Of a DNA stretch of 64,000 nucleotides, positions 9,739 to 19,858 are shown one piece after another (positions within the stretch are counted from its first letter, which is position 1; each line of letters starts with the position of its first letter). The notes under the pieces are model-generated. The model had not been told where the DNA came from. It did no database searches and saw only the letters and a list, made by a program, of their open reading frames with translations. The DNA is from a virus: positions 64,001 through 128,000 of the IMG/VR virus record IMGVR_UViG_3300042914_004291, one strand, 5' to 3'. The translations under genes and the position numbers were made by a program.

Positions 9739-9999
9739 TTATTTTACAGCGCTGACAAGAACGGGCGCCCAGCCTGAGCTTTTCATAACACGACTAAGCA
9801 ATGCACGTTGCTCAGACTGAAGGGCTGAGACGTCAAATGAAACAATATCTACAGAACGACCAACGTTCTCTGTGATGAATTTTGCGGCAGGCACCATCTG
9901 ATGCACGTGCAATTTCAAATCTACAAAGCTGCTTACAATCCCAGCCTGTGATCGGATGGCGTTTCTCTTGACGTATGTTTGTAGTTCTGGTGCTGACAT
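9739..9999 (-). CDS. hypothetical protein
   Basis: 86 aa ORF; TTATTA at 10014-10019. Confidence 0.6.
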   Translation of the reverse strand: MSAPELQTYVKRNAIRSQAGIVSSFVDLKLHVHQMVPAAKFITENVGRSVDIVSFDVSALQSEQRALLSRVMKSSGWAPVLVSAVK

Positions 10000-10031
10000 A
10001 TCAATCCATTACGTAATAATACACCAAACAG

Positions 10032-10130
10032 TTATTTCTGTTTGTTTTCGTTCTTTATGTTCAGTGTAGCACCTAGCACACCAAACGCCAGTAGCAAACT
10101 CAGAGCGTTCATGAAAATTCCAAGAGTCAT
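10032..10130 (-). CDS. small single-TM protein (32 aa)
   Basis: Manual translation MTLGIFMNALSLLLAFGVLGATLNIKNENKQK*; starts 4 nt after the upstream stop and fills the gap. Confidence 0.5.
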   Translation of the reverse strand: MTLGIFMNALSLLLAFGVLGATLNIKNENKQK

Positions 10131-10134
10131 TGTT

Positions 10135-10440
10135 TCAGATGATCTTTCGAAGTTGAGAGCTACTCTGAGCTAAGAACGTTCGAACTTTCTTCAAAAACTC
10201 AACTGTGTAGAGCATCACACGTTTGCGTTCTTCCTCTGAGCCGGAACCAAACAATGGCTCACGGGTTGCTTCTTCACCTTCTTCGATCAACTTCGAGGCT
10301 TTCTCAGAAGTGTCATTGAGGAACGTAGTGACTTTCTTGAAATATGCTCCAAGATCTTTAGCGGAGCCGCCGCTGAGAGTTGCCGCTTCAGCATCCCTGG
10401 CTTCTTTGACTAGCTGTTTTAATGATTTGAATTTACTCAT
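10135..10440 (-). CDS. hypothetical protein, probable head protein
   Basis: SLKQLVKE leader; TAGTTA at 10453-10458. Confidence 0.65.
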   Translation of the reverse strand: MSKFKSLKQLVKEARDAEAATLSGGSAKDLGAYFKKVTTFLNDTSEKASKLIEEGEEATREPLFGSGSEEERKRVMLYTVEFLKKVRTFLAQSSSQLRKII

Positions 10441-10455
10441 TGTATTATCTGCTAA

Positions 10456-11337
10456 CTAGAACTGAGAGGCAAAGGCAGCTTCGAAGGTGTTCATGTGCAG
10501 ATCAATCACCTTGTTGGCCGGTGTCTGATATCCACCGGCCAAGTTCCAGACAATTGGAACTTTGAAGTATTTGGCCATTTGAAACACGATCTGATCTCGT
10601 CTCAGCATCTGTTCTGTGGTAAGGAACCCACCATATGGGTCATCGATGTGTGGATCGGCGCCAGCTTGATAGAACAATAGACTACACCCCTTGAACTTTG
10701 TGGCCAGATAATCAGGTAGTTGATCTAGCCATGGCTCGTAGTCGATCTGTTTCTTGGCATACTTTCCAAAGGTTTCATGCACCAACCAGTGCCTGCTGAC
10801 GTCAAACTTTTCAATGATGTCCTGCGTGCCGTTTCCGTAGTGCGCATCAAAATCAATGATTCCGAACGTTTTCACATCGCGTGTGATCTGCTCTGCCCAG
10901 AGTTTGAACACTGCAATCATCAGGCCGTTGAAAGTGCAGAAACCCATTGCTTTGTCATAGCAAGCGTGATGGAAACCACTCGTTGGAGACATGGCCATTG
11001 TCTGGTTGTATAGTGCATGATTTGCAGCAGCAAACAGACTACCATTGGTCCATGGCAATGCAGCAGCAACTTCTGGGAGTTTGTTCCCAAAACCATTCTC
11101 GACTAATGAATTCAGCACTCCATCAACGTAATCCGAATCATGTGCTTGTTTGATGTCTTCTCTCGTCAGAGGCTGGAAATCAACTATTCTTAGTTTGTCA
11201 GGGTATCGCCGCAAAGCTTCTTCAACCACCATGGCGGGTTTGTGCGCCGAAGGACTAGTCGCCGAAACTTCAACCGTTAACGGAACTGATTGATTTTGAG
11301 AATAGAATATTGGAATGGATGGCTGCACCGTATTCAT
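10456..11337 (-). CDS. histone deacetylase family protein (Zn-dependent amidohydrolase)
   Basis: GFHHA, GFCTFN, DFDAHYGNGT, QAGADPH-x-DDP and GGY motifs are all intact. Confidence 0.93.
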   Translation of the reverse strand: MNTVQPSIPIFYSQNQSVPLTVEVSATSPSAHKPAMVVEEALRRYPDKLRIVDFQPLTREDIKQAHDSDYVDGVLNSLVENGFGNKLPEVAAALPWTNGSLFAAANHALYNQTMAMSPTSGFHHACYDKAMGFCTFNGLMIAVFKLWAEQITRDVKTFGIIDFDAHYGNGTQDIIEKFDVSRHWLVHETFGKYAKKQIDYEPWLDQLPDYLATKFKGCSLLFYQAGADPHIDDPYGGFLTTEQMLRRDQIVFQMAKYFKVPIVWNLAGGYQTPANKVIDLHMNTFEAAFASQF

Positions 11338-11343
11338 ACAGCC

Positions 11344-11373
11344 AGCCTAGCATGATGTGGGTGGATCTGTCAA
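11344..11373 (-). promoter_or_regulatory. sigma70-type promoter of the HDAC gene (probably leaderless mRNA)
   Basis: TTGACA-N18-TAGGCT with extended TG; ATG lies 6 nt downstream. Confidence 0.7.
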
Positions 11374-12365
11374 CGTGCCATGGCTGGGTTGCTGAACACA
11401 CCGGAGTGTTGTCCATAACCAGAGAGGAAACCGCCCAAGCTTTGTCCAATTGTGTTTTTCAGCTTTGATTTGCTTGCGGCAAAAAACTCAGGAATGTCTC
11501 CAAGGATGTTGAAGATCTGAGCTTCGGCGCGAACGTTGTTTGCGATCACATCGTCGGTCAGCTCTAGACCAAACTTCTCGGCATCAAAGTTATTGATTCC
11601 TTTGAATGCATTCTTGACAATTGCACCACGTGTCGTTTTACCAGTCAGAGCATTGCCAATCTTTGCAAACATGCCAGTCTTTGCAGGGCCAGCAGTAGTT
11701 GTCTTAAGTTTCTGAACTGTCGCTTCATCACCAAAGAGCTTACCATATGCTTCGAAAAACTTCATGGCTTCGCCAAGTCGCTCAGCTACAATGTTCAGGA
11801 GCTTGTCAGGGTCTTCGATGTGCGCAACCTGTTCAAAAAATGCAGTTGTTTTCCCGCCCATTCCACGGCCAGCCGCAGTGGCCGTTGGTGCTCGCCTAGA
11901 AGCAAGTGGATCACCCTTTGGAACAAACTGCTTGGCTGGATGGTCGAATGACATATTCAGTTTATCCAGCGCACTTGCAACGACGCCAATCTGAAGCTCG
12001 TTCATCAACCAGCGTTTAAGCTCATTTCCACCATTGGCCGAGTTGGCAGCTAGAAGAACACCGATTGCTTTTTTGATTGCTTCAAACTTTGCAATCGATT
12101 CGTTGTCTGCTAGAGAAGCTTCAGCGATGAAGTGAAGCACAGCATGACGCTCCACAAGTTTGTTCAACTTTTCCAATCGCGATGTGGCATAGAGAGCCGC
12201 ACCAACTTGGTTCTTGCTCTCAGACAAAACTTTAGATTTGGTGTTCAGCTCGGTTATAACAGCATGAATCTCTCTGACGGTTGCAGAGCGACGCTCATTC
12301 ACAAATGATGCGAGCTTCGACACTTGTTGTTTCTTGATATTTGCTTTTTGTTTGTTCTTAGCCAT
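11370..12365 (-). CDS. probable internal head protein
   Basis: TATTTA at 12386-12391; VNE, LSE, IAE and FFE motifs. Confidence 0.6.
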   Translation of the reverse strand: MAKNKQKANIKKQQVSKLASFVNERRSATVREIHAVITELNTKSKVLSESKNQVGAALYATSRLEKLNKLVERHAVLHFIAEASLADNESIAKFEAIKKAIGVLLAANSANGGNELKRWLMNELQIGVVASALDKLNMSFDHPAKQFVPKGDPLASRRAPTATAAGRGMGGKTTAFFEQVAHIEDPDKLLNIVAERLGEAMKFFEAYGKLFGDEATVQKLKTTTAGPAKTGMFAKIGNALTGKTTRGAIVKNAFKGINNFDAEKFGLELTDDVIANNVRAEAQIFNILGDIPEFFAASKSKLKNTIGQSLGGFLSGYGQHSGVFSNPAMAR

Positions 12366-12400
12366 GGTTTATACTACTATGGCCTTAAATACAAAACCAT

Positions 12401-12862
12401 CTAGTGAATGTCGCTGTTCGCCGCCATCAATTCAAAATAAACACGACTAACCCAAAGGTACCTTCTACCCATAAAAAAATATCTGGCCGCATCCTCCTCC
12501 CAGCTAGACACATCCATACACTCACCACACTTGTCACATTGCAACTGATTGGCAATCCTTCTGCGAAATACAGAAATATCTGGCATCAGAGTCCTGTAGT
12601 TTACAAAATCCCACCGGTTCCACTTCTCCGGATGAGGAAGGACCAGATCCCATCTGTGTCTGCACGCAAAGGCGTCTAGGACTTTATCTAGGAGCCTGCG
12701 AACATTGGTTGCTCGCAGCTCTGCCAGGATATCCTCATCAGCCGCTAATGGAATAACAAGCGCCTCTAAGTGAGTGTCTGATACTGTACTGCTCGACATG
12801 CCAAACCACCTCTGGTGACCTTTCCGGATGTTTTTGTTTAATGATGATTGTGTTGCTGCCAT
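12401..12862 (-). CDS. hypothetical protein with a possible zinc finger
   Basis: CRH and CDKC motifs; start uncertain (12862 or 12913). Confidence 0.55.
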   Translation of the reverse strand: MAATQSSLNKNIRKGHQRWFGMSSSTVSDTHLEALVIPLAADEDILAELRATNVRRLLDKVLDAFACRHRWDLVLPHPEKWNRWDFVNYRTLMPDISVFRRRIANQLQCDKCGECMDVSSWEEDAARYFFMGRRYLWVSRVYFELMAANSDIH

Positions 12863-12903
12863 GTGATCTAGCTTAACAACAAGAGAGGATGGCAACAAGA
12901 CAA

Positions 12904-12932
12904 GACCTAGCATATGCCCAGGTCTTTGTCAA
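12904..12932 (-). promoter_or_regulatory. sigma70-type promoter
   Basis: TTGACA-N17-TAGGTC with extended TG. Confidence 0.5.
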
Positions 12933-13016
12933 GTAGTTGTAGTAGCGAATGAGGAAGTTGTTTTTGAGATGATTATCAGAGGAACAGTTGTAGCACAGCT
13001 AAGTCGAATAGCGCCT

Positions 13017-13508
13017 TTAATACTGCATCACGCACATGTCGTAGCGGATTCCGAGTGTGATTTCTTGAACGGCGTTGCCTTCTTCCATGCTGAGTTCACC
13101 AAAGTTGATTGATTTACACCAAGCACCTTTGTAGTCCCAGAGCTGCACAACGGTTCCAACTGGATCAAGGATCTTGAGCTGGATGTCGCGTTTGTAGAAG
13201 TCTGGGTAGCCAGCACGACCAGACACCGGCTCATAGCACAGGCGAGCCCATTCCATGACTTGTTGTGCCGTGGAAGGAGAGATGTAGTCGATCAGTGTGA
13301 CGCTCATCTCCGAGAAATCTGCTTTGCCAGCGATATATCTGCTACTGTTGATCCAGTTAAGTTTGATCTCCTCTATGGTGATCTCTGGTCGTGCTGCTGT
13401 TTTGATCATATAGGCATCGATGCCTTCGATCGCCAGCACGAACCGGTTCTTGAGATGTGGCATTACTTTTGCCGGGAGCATCTCTGGGACTGATAGTGTT
13501 TGAGCCAT
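13017..13508 (-). CDS. tail tube protein (T4 gp19-like)
   Basis: NRF, YIAGK, GRAGYPDFYKRD, W-x-x-KGAW, FGELS and YD motifs; follows the sheath genes. Confidence 0.9.
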   Translation of the reverse strand: MAQTLSVPEMLPAKVMPHLKNRFVLAIEGIDAYMIKTAARPEITIEEIKLNWINSSRYIAGKADFSEMSVTLIDYISPSTAQQVMEWARLCYEPVSGRAGYPDFYKRDIQLKILDPVGTVVQLWDYKGAWCKSINFGELSMEEGNAVQEITLGIRYDMCVMQY

Positions 13509-13552
13509 TTGTTTACTGTTTCTTCCTTGTATTTCTCGTTTAACTAATCAGT

Positions 13553-16500
13553 TCATTGAACAAAGTTGTCTCTGTTGCTCACAACGAAATCCAACGACAC
13601 GAACTCGATAGCAGTTGTTGGAACCACAAAGATCTTGCCTTTGAGGGTTTTGTTGTCCAGGTCTGCCTGTGTTGTGGTAGAAGTATCAATGCTGATCTTG
13701 TATTTCTCGACACCGCCAGCAGCCTGATAGCGCTGGAGGATTGGCTGCACTGCTTGATTGAACGCCGTCAGTGTTGCTTCGCGGGCTGGTTCAAAGATAA
13801 ACCTTGAGGCAACTTTGCGAATGTCTCTGCGGATAGCAATCATCAGTCTGCGCACATTGACTCTGTTGAGTAGGCTCTCAGAGTTCAGAAGTGTTTTTTG
13901 ACCCCAGATCACAGAACCAACGCCCGGTTTCGAAAGCATTGGGTTGATCCTTGCGACGTAGAGCGTGTCTGCGTTGGCTTGGTTCAAACTTGTTGCGAAA
14001 CTGGAAACGTTGGCGAGTGTGCCTCTGTTATAACCAGCAGGAGCATTGAATGGCTGACCAACAAAATCGTTCTTAGCATATGCACCAAGTGCTGCTACAG
14101 ATGCGGGCATCTTCTCGTACACAGTGCCATTGCTGACTCTGATGTTTACATCTGGGAAATACGTGGCAGCAAAGCTGCTGTTAACTCCGCGAGTCACGAA
14201 ATTCTGTGCTGTTTGGTTGACGCTGATATTTGTGTATGAACCTGTCAGGTTGTTACCAAGAGTGTCATATTGCTCAGTATCCATGATGTAGAAACAATCA
14301 AAACGATCATTCTCAGCAACGTTGATGGCAGAGTCGGTGACATATGGAACCCGAACCCCTGGTATTGTCATGAGTTGCACATCCAGGTCGTTGACATCAG
14401 AAACAAGATTCAAAGCTTTCATATAGCTCTGGACGGTTGGCCCGCTGGTCAGACCGCGCGTTGTTTGCGTGATCTCTTGGCTCACAGCAGCATTTGTCAA
14501 AAAGGCTTGGTCGCGGTTGAACATGTTCACGCCATCCCAGCCTCTCTCAACAAAGAAACTGAATTTTGCCAACGCTTGAACAGAAGCATTTCCGTTCAAG
14601 TCATCTACGGTCAGCGCTCTTGTTTTTGTTGCTTCGACCGCTGGGATAGATCCGGAACGAACATAGGCCCAGTTGAGGAGGTTTGCTGTGCTTGTCGATG
14701 GCAAACCATTGCTTCCCGTAACAACTTTCACTTTCTCAAGCGAGAACATGTTGTAGTTGAAACGGTCACTGTCTAGAATCCAAGATGCAGTTGTCACAGC
14801 TTGGCCAACGCTATCAAACACGGCGAACTGAACATTGGTCGAATCTGGGTCACTTGGGTAGAACCTAGCAAAGCTAGCAATGCTTGGGTTCAACTGAGCG
14901 CTGCTGTTTGGCTCGGTCGGAGAAACTTGCTTTTGGAACTGAACACCCCAGAATATGTTTGTGTCGACGCCAGATGATGCTGTTGATTTTTTGATGTTTG
15001 CACGCATCGGCACAGGAGGCTGAACGCACTTGTAGAGTGGGAACTCGCCGGTTGTCGCAGTGTTGAAATATGGGAATGCTGGGCGAAGGAGATCTCCTTG
15101 ACGAACATTGTAAAGGCTGCTTGAACCGGCAGTCACAAGATGCTGTGGCCCTCTGAAACCAAATGGGATTGCAGTGTTCGAGACATCGCCACTGGCAACA
15201 TCATCAGATATTTCAACGCGAACATATCGCGAAACGTTTGCATAGTCTCCAAAAGACAAGATCTTTTGTTCTGCTTCCGGTGCTTCGAAGTTGAACTGTT
15301 GATAAGCAGTGCCAATCTTTCTTGCAATATAGTTTGGACTGTCCGGATTCAGGTTACAGTTCGTGAACGGCTCCAAGATCTTCATGCTCTGATCAGTGTC
15401 AGAGAAGCTACGAACAAGCACGTCGAAAGAACCAAATGGCTGTGTTTCCGTAGCAGGCTGGATGTTCATGATAGAGATCTTGAACAGCTCATTGCCGCTA
15501 GAACCATCTGTGAGTGCATGAAACCTGAACAGGTTTACATAGTCCCCACCAAAGTTCTGGGAGATCACCCATGGTGAGAACGCAGTCTTGAATGCATAAC
15601 GGAAGTTCTCATAGTTTGGCGTCACAGTTGAATCGACACTCGAAGTGTGGATTCCTCTAGAGCCGGAGCTTGGTGTCAAGAATGCAATGTTTTCAAGACC
15701 TGCCCCGAAAGCTGATCCAGAAGCAGCAACAACCACGCCAGAACCGGTTGGTACCGCGAATGCACTTGGTACGTCAAACCTAGACCAAAGCAAGTGGCCT
15801 GCCTGTTGCATCTTCAGTGGATCGGTGTTGAAGACGTTCGCAAAATAATTTCCAGCCAAAGGATCAAACGAAGCTGTTATGACATTTGGATATTCAGAGT
15901 CAGTGCCTTTGTGACCATTCAGAAGCATCACAAAACTCTGAGCGCCAGCATTGAGATTGATAGAACCGGTGAAACATCCGGAGAAAACCAACTCAGTTGG
16001 AACAAACGTGGAATCGGGCGGCTCGCATACCTGTGCAGCAGACGAAAGACGCAAAATGACACCAGATGGCGCCATCAGAACTCCACGAACAATTGGTGTC
16101 GATGCAGTTGATGTTTGAAGCCCAGCTTCAGACAAGGTAGTCGATCCGGCAGACTCACTCATGAAACAACCTAGGACATAGGTGCTGCCAGTTACACTGT
16201 TTGCATTTGCATATGGGTTGTTGCCAAGAGCGCCACCTGAAGCTTCAACCGGCTGCTGAGCTCCAACGACGAACCCTGCGTTTGTTGTTCTACCGTTGCC
16301 ATCAGACGACAAACCGTCACCGACACCAAGAACGCGAATATGTACGAGTGGAACAGTTGTGTTTGCAAACCACTCACGTGCAGACAGATATCCCAGCGGA
16401 GTATTGACATTGTCTTTACCGAAAGTAGAAACAAAGTCAGGTTCCGATGTGACCTGTGTTGGTACGAATGCTGGTCCTTTCACAGTTGGAGCAATGACAA

Positions 16501-16588
16501 CAGGTGGTGTGCCTGCGGGATTACGCACCACTGGAGCGCTTAGGTCTGTTTCTGTGGCGTTAACGCCTGGGCTTTGAAATATTGCCAT
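13553..16588 (-). CDS. tail sheath protein 2 (gp18-like)
   Basis: SPGV-x-x-x-E-x-D, KGPAFVP, APAG-x-x-RG, WGQKTL, RVNVRRL and FEP motifs. Confidence 0.93.
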   Translation of the reverse strand: MAIFQSPGVNATETDLSAPVVRNPAGTPPVVIAPTVKGPAFVPTQVTSEPDFVSTFGKDNVNTPLGYLSAREWFANTTVPLVHIRVLGVGDGLSSDGNGRTTNAGFVVGAQQPVEASGGALGNNPYANANSVTGSTYVLGCFMSESAGSTTLSEAGLQTSTASTPIVRGVLMAPSGVILRLSSAAQVCEPPDSTFVPTELVFSGCFTGSINLNAGAQSFVMLLNGHKGTDSEYPNVITASFDPLAGNYFANVFNTDPLKMQQAGHLLWSRFDVPSAFAVPTGSGVVVAASGSAFGAGLENIAFLTPSSGSRGIHTSSVDSTVTPNYENFRYAFKTAFSPWVISQNFGGDYVNLFRFHALTDGSSGNELFKISIMNIQPATETQPFGSFDVLVRSFSDTDQSMKILEPFTNCNLNPDSPNYIARKIGTAYQQFNFEAPEAEQKILSFGDYANVSRYVRVEISDDVASGDVSNTAIPFGFRGPQHLVTAGSSSLYNVRQGDLLRPAFPYFNTATTGEFPLYKCVQPPVPMRANIKKSTASSGVDTNIFWGVQFQKQVSPTEPNSSAQLNPSIASFARFYPSDPDSTNVQFAVFDSVGQAVTTASWILDSDRFNYNMFSLEKVKVVTGSNGLPSTSTANLLNWAYVRSGSIPAVEATKTRALTVDDLNGNASVQALAKFSFFVERGWDGVNMFNRDQAFLTNAAVSQEITQTTRGLTSGPTVQSYMKALNLVSDVNDLDVQLMTIPGVRVPYVTDSAINVAENDRFDCFYIMDTEQYDTLGNNLTGSYTNISVNQTAQNFVTRGVNSSFAATYFPDVNIRVSNGTVYEKMPASVAALGAYAKNDFVGQPFNAPAGYNRGTLANVSSFATSLNQANADTLYVARINPMLSKPGVGSVIWGQKTLLNSESLLNRVNVRRLMIAIRRDIRKVASRFIFEPAREATLTAFNQAVQPILQRYQAAGGVEKYKISIDTSTTTQADLDNKTLKGKIFVVPTTAIEFVSLDFVVSNRDNFVQ

Positions 16589-16654
16589 GTCTTTTTACCG
16601 TTTAATTGACGATAAGTAGACATGGCCAAAGGGATCAGTGGGGAAAAGTAATTG

Positions 16655-19600
16655 TCACTCGAATGACACGCCTGATGGCGTGATGACGAAGTCCATGAGG
16701 ATGTATTCAACGGCACGCGTTGGAATCACTGCGATTCTTGCATTCATCCTGTTCGAACTGATATCGTTCTGTGTGTTGTTCCTTGTGTCACAGATCACAC
16801 TGAACTTCTCAATCCCCTGATTGTTCTGTACTGCTGACAACACCAGAGTAGCCTGATCGATAAACAGTTTTCTTGTTGTTTCGTTGTTTTGTTCAAACAT
16901 CAACCGGTTAGCAATTTCAATGATCTGTCGTTTGATCTCAATCAACATCCTGCGAACGTTGATGCTCGACAGAGCCGAGTTGGTATTTTGCAACAGCGTG
17001 TTCTGTGAGAAGAACACATAGTTCGTGCCGGGGAACTTGGTGATCGGGTTGATGTGTGCATCATACAGACGGTCGCGGTCTGCCTGGTTAACCTTCACAG
17101 CAGTTTGTTTGACGAATGCAAGAGAACCGCGATCAAACCCGGCTGGGGCAAACCATGGGAACTTGTTTCTGTCATTATAGGAAAACGCACTAAAAGCGGC
17201 AACGCTTCCTGGAACCGATAGGCGACGTGCTGTGACGCTGTCTTCAATTGTGCAGTTTGGAAAATAGGCCGCGGCATAACTTGTATCAAGCGCCCTAGAA
17301 ATCAATGCGTTTGACGTCTGCACAACAGAAGGCGTACCAGATGATTGACCATCAAAGATTCTACCAGTTGCAGTCCCAGTAGAATCATATTGCGGAATAT
17401 CTTCTGGATAGATTGCAAGGCCGTACGATGCGATTTTCTCCATTGCATAGTTTGTAACCAAAGGATCACGCTGCCCTGGAATAGTGATGATATTGCAGTT
17501 GCTGACCGCGGGATTTGTTGCAACATCTACTGCGGTGCGATATGCAACAACAGCGCTGTTATCTGCACCGACACCAGTCCAGTTAGTACCTGCCGCTGCG
17601 CCCGGTGAATTGTACGCAACGCTTGCCAAACCATCTTGTGTCAAGTTGACTTCAGTGGATGTGGATTGGTCGCTGAAACGTCTGGCCTGTTTGTCAAAGA
17701 TGTTAACACCATCCCAGCCACCAGCCATGAATGCAGTAAACTTAGCAAAGCCGGAAAAGTTGTTGAACTGAACGGCAGAACCGCTGTTTAGAACTGATGC
17801 CAAAGTTATTCTGTTGCCAAAGTTGGTTGCAACGTACGTGTTTGGATTCAATGTAGCATTGCGCAGATAAGCCGTATCTCTCATGTGTGCTGCGGCAGAG
17901 CCGGTGAGGTTCGACAGGGATGTGATTCCAAGTGCAACCTTGGCCAGCGAGAACTTGTTGTTGTTCAGAATATCTGCGGCAGACCCTGTCACGAGAGCAT
18001 CCAGTTTTTCAATTCCTGAAAACTTTGCAAAGTTTTCAACGATCTGGTTTGGTTCAACCACGGCATTTGTGTTCAGGACGTTGTTGTTTCTCTCAAACTT
18101 CACACCCCAGAACAGTCTGCCATCGACAACAGTTTGCACACCAGGAGCTCCTGGAGCACCGCTTGTTGCCAGATCGTTTCTAGTCACCGTGAACCTGAAT
18201 GGAATCGGTGGCACAATAGACCCGGAAAGAGCTGCACCGCCCGGGTTTGTTGAAGCAGAAACGCCTGTTATCCTGGTTTTGTTCAGTGGAATACTGCCAG
18301 TTGTGTCGTTCAATGCACTGTTTGTCAAGAGCACGTTGTAGCCTCTGAAACCAAATGGAAGTGCTTTTGCAGGAACTTCCATGGCGTCAAGTTTTGCTGC
18401 ACATTCGATTCGAATATATTTCGATCGGTTCTTGTACTTGCCAGTCAGAACAATATTCTTGTCTGATGCGTCCTCAGCGTCGAAGTTGAAAGACACGGCC
18501 ATGTCACCGATCATCTTTGCGACATAATTTGAGCTTCTAGGATCAAGCGACAGATTGCCAAACGTTTCTAGAATCTGCGGGTTGGTATCTGTATCGTTGA
18601 ATGCTCTCACAAGAAGAGTGAACGTTCCGTGCTCGGTGTTAGGATCCGTGCTAGCCCGAAGGTCAGAGATACTGACCTTGACTTTGTTGTTTGCATACTC
18701 GCCATCGTCTCGTGAGTAGACTCTGAAAAGATCATATTCCACACTGCCAAAAGGCTGTGAAATAAACCATGGTGTTTTTGGCGTAGTATACCTTGCTTCG
18801 TAAGTTCCAAAAATACTTGACCAATCCATGAGGTTGGCGTCGTTGTTGTATTGCGAACCGGACAAAACTGCGACAGTCGCAACGGTGGCGCTAGAGCTCA
18901 GCGCTGCGACCTCAGCGTCAACAGGAAAGTGCATCCAAAGCATATGCTTTTTCTCTGCAAAACTATCAGGATTCGTGTTCAGGACTTTTGCGACATAAAA
19001 ATCTGAGCTTGGGTTCAAGCTAGCAGTCAAAATTCGGAGCCCTGGATATCCATCATCACTAGCAAAACTGGCACCTGCCGATGAGGAAATGATGATCTTG
19101 AAACAATCAACGAGTAATCCTTCTGTTCCAACACGTGCCGCTTCATAGTTGTTAGTTCCGGCCGCAAAGGTGGTTGGGTCGTAAGAAACAGCGGTTGATC
19201 CACTCATAACCATGAAACGTGCATCGGTTGTGGAAAACAGAACAGCTCGTAGAAGGTTTGGATCTGTTGAGACACTGTTGTTGTTAGTGAATTCTGGGAA
19301 ACCAAACGCTTCGTCGGTTGAAACGGTGTGTTTTCCTACCAGGAACTGCGCAACGCCTGGGCGGGCGCCGCTAACAAACGGCGTCCCATCGTAGATCACA
19401 GACATCCCAGCGTTTGTCACAATGCCGGTAAGATTTGTCATCTCAATGTCAGAAGAACTTGAGTTGGCGCCGCAGCCGAGCACCCTGACAAAGTTTAGTG
19501 ATGCTAGCTCGTTTTCTTTTGCGGCAAAATATTTCTCGACCGCATATCCGCTAGGCAGCGCAGGATCTAGATCGCCAAACGCGTTCTTGAAATCATCGAT

Positions 19601-19747
19601 GCCGCCAACAGTCACCGGCACGAAAGCTGGACCTCGTTTTGCAGCACCAATCACGGTAGCTGGGATACCGCCGACAAGAGCTTCGCGCTCAGTTAGATCG
19701 AATTCCTGGTCGAAATACCCAGGAGCTTTGAATGTCATATTACCCAT
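16655..19747 (-). CDS. tail sheath protein 1 (gp18-like)
   Basis: APG-x-x-x-x-E-x-D, RGPAFVP, PWFAPAG-x-x-RG, INVRRM and PTRAVE motifs. Confidence 0.93.
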   Translation of the reverse strand: MGNMTFKAPGYFDQEFDLTEREALVGGIPATVIGAAKRGPAFVPVTVGGIDDFKNAFGDLDPALPSGYAVEKYFAAKENELASLNFVRVLGCGANSSSSDIEMTNLTGIVTNAGMSVIYDGTPFVSGARPGVAQFLVGKHTVSTDEAFGFPEFTNNNSVSTDPNLLRAVLFSTTDARFMVMSGSTAVSYDPTTFAAGTNNYEAARVGTEGLLVDCFKIIISSSAGASFASDDGYPGLRILTASLNPSSDFYVAKVLNTNPDSFAEKKHMLWMHFPVDAEVAALSSSATVATVAVLSGSQYNNDANLMDWSSIFGTYEARYTTPKTPWFISQPFGSVEYDLFRVYSRDDGEYANNKVKVSISDLRASTDPNTEHGTFTLLVRAFNDTDTNPQILETFGNLSLDPRSSNYVAKMIGDMAVSFNFDAEDASDKNIVLTGKYKNRSKYIRIECAAKLDAMEVPAKALPFGFRGYNVLLTNSALNDTTGSIPLNKTRITGVSASTNPGGAALSGSIVPPIPFRFTVTRNDLATSGAPGAPGVQTVVDGRLFWGVKFERNNNVLNTNAVVEPNQIVENFAKFSGIEKLDALVTGSAADILNNNKFSLAKVALGITSLSNLTGSAAAHMRDTAYLRNATLNPNTYVATNFGNRITLASVLNSGSAVQFNNFSGFAKFTAFMAGGWDGVNIFDKQARRFSDQSTSTEVNLTQDGLASVAYNSPGAAAGTNWTGVGADNSAVVAYRTAVDVATNPAVSNCNIITIPGQRDPLVTNYAMEKIASYGLAIYPEDIPQYDSTGTATGRIFDGQSSGTPSVVQTSNALISRALDTSYAAAYFPNCTIEDSVTARRLSVPGSVAAFSAFSYNDRNKFPWFAPAGFDRGSLAFVKQTAVKVNQADRDRLYDAHINPITKFPGTNYVFFSQNTLLQNTNSALSSINVRRMLIEIKRQIIEIANRLMFEQNNETTRKLFIDQATLVLSAVQNNQGIEKFSVICDTRNNTQNDISSNRMNARIAVIPTRAVEYILMDFVITPSGVSFE

Positions 19748-19858
19748 GTTTTACACTGTTCCTTATTTACTTTTCAGTCTCTAAGTATGGAACAGAGTAT
19801 GGGAATCCGGCATGCCGCCCAACAAGCTTAAGGCCGGATAATTAGTTAGACGATCTGT

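Noticed and set aside
13556-19784. Many plus-strand ORFs opposite the sheath genes, and similar antisense ORFs across the window
   Set aside because: They are shadows of well-supported genes and have no RBS, promoter or recognisable motifs.
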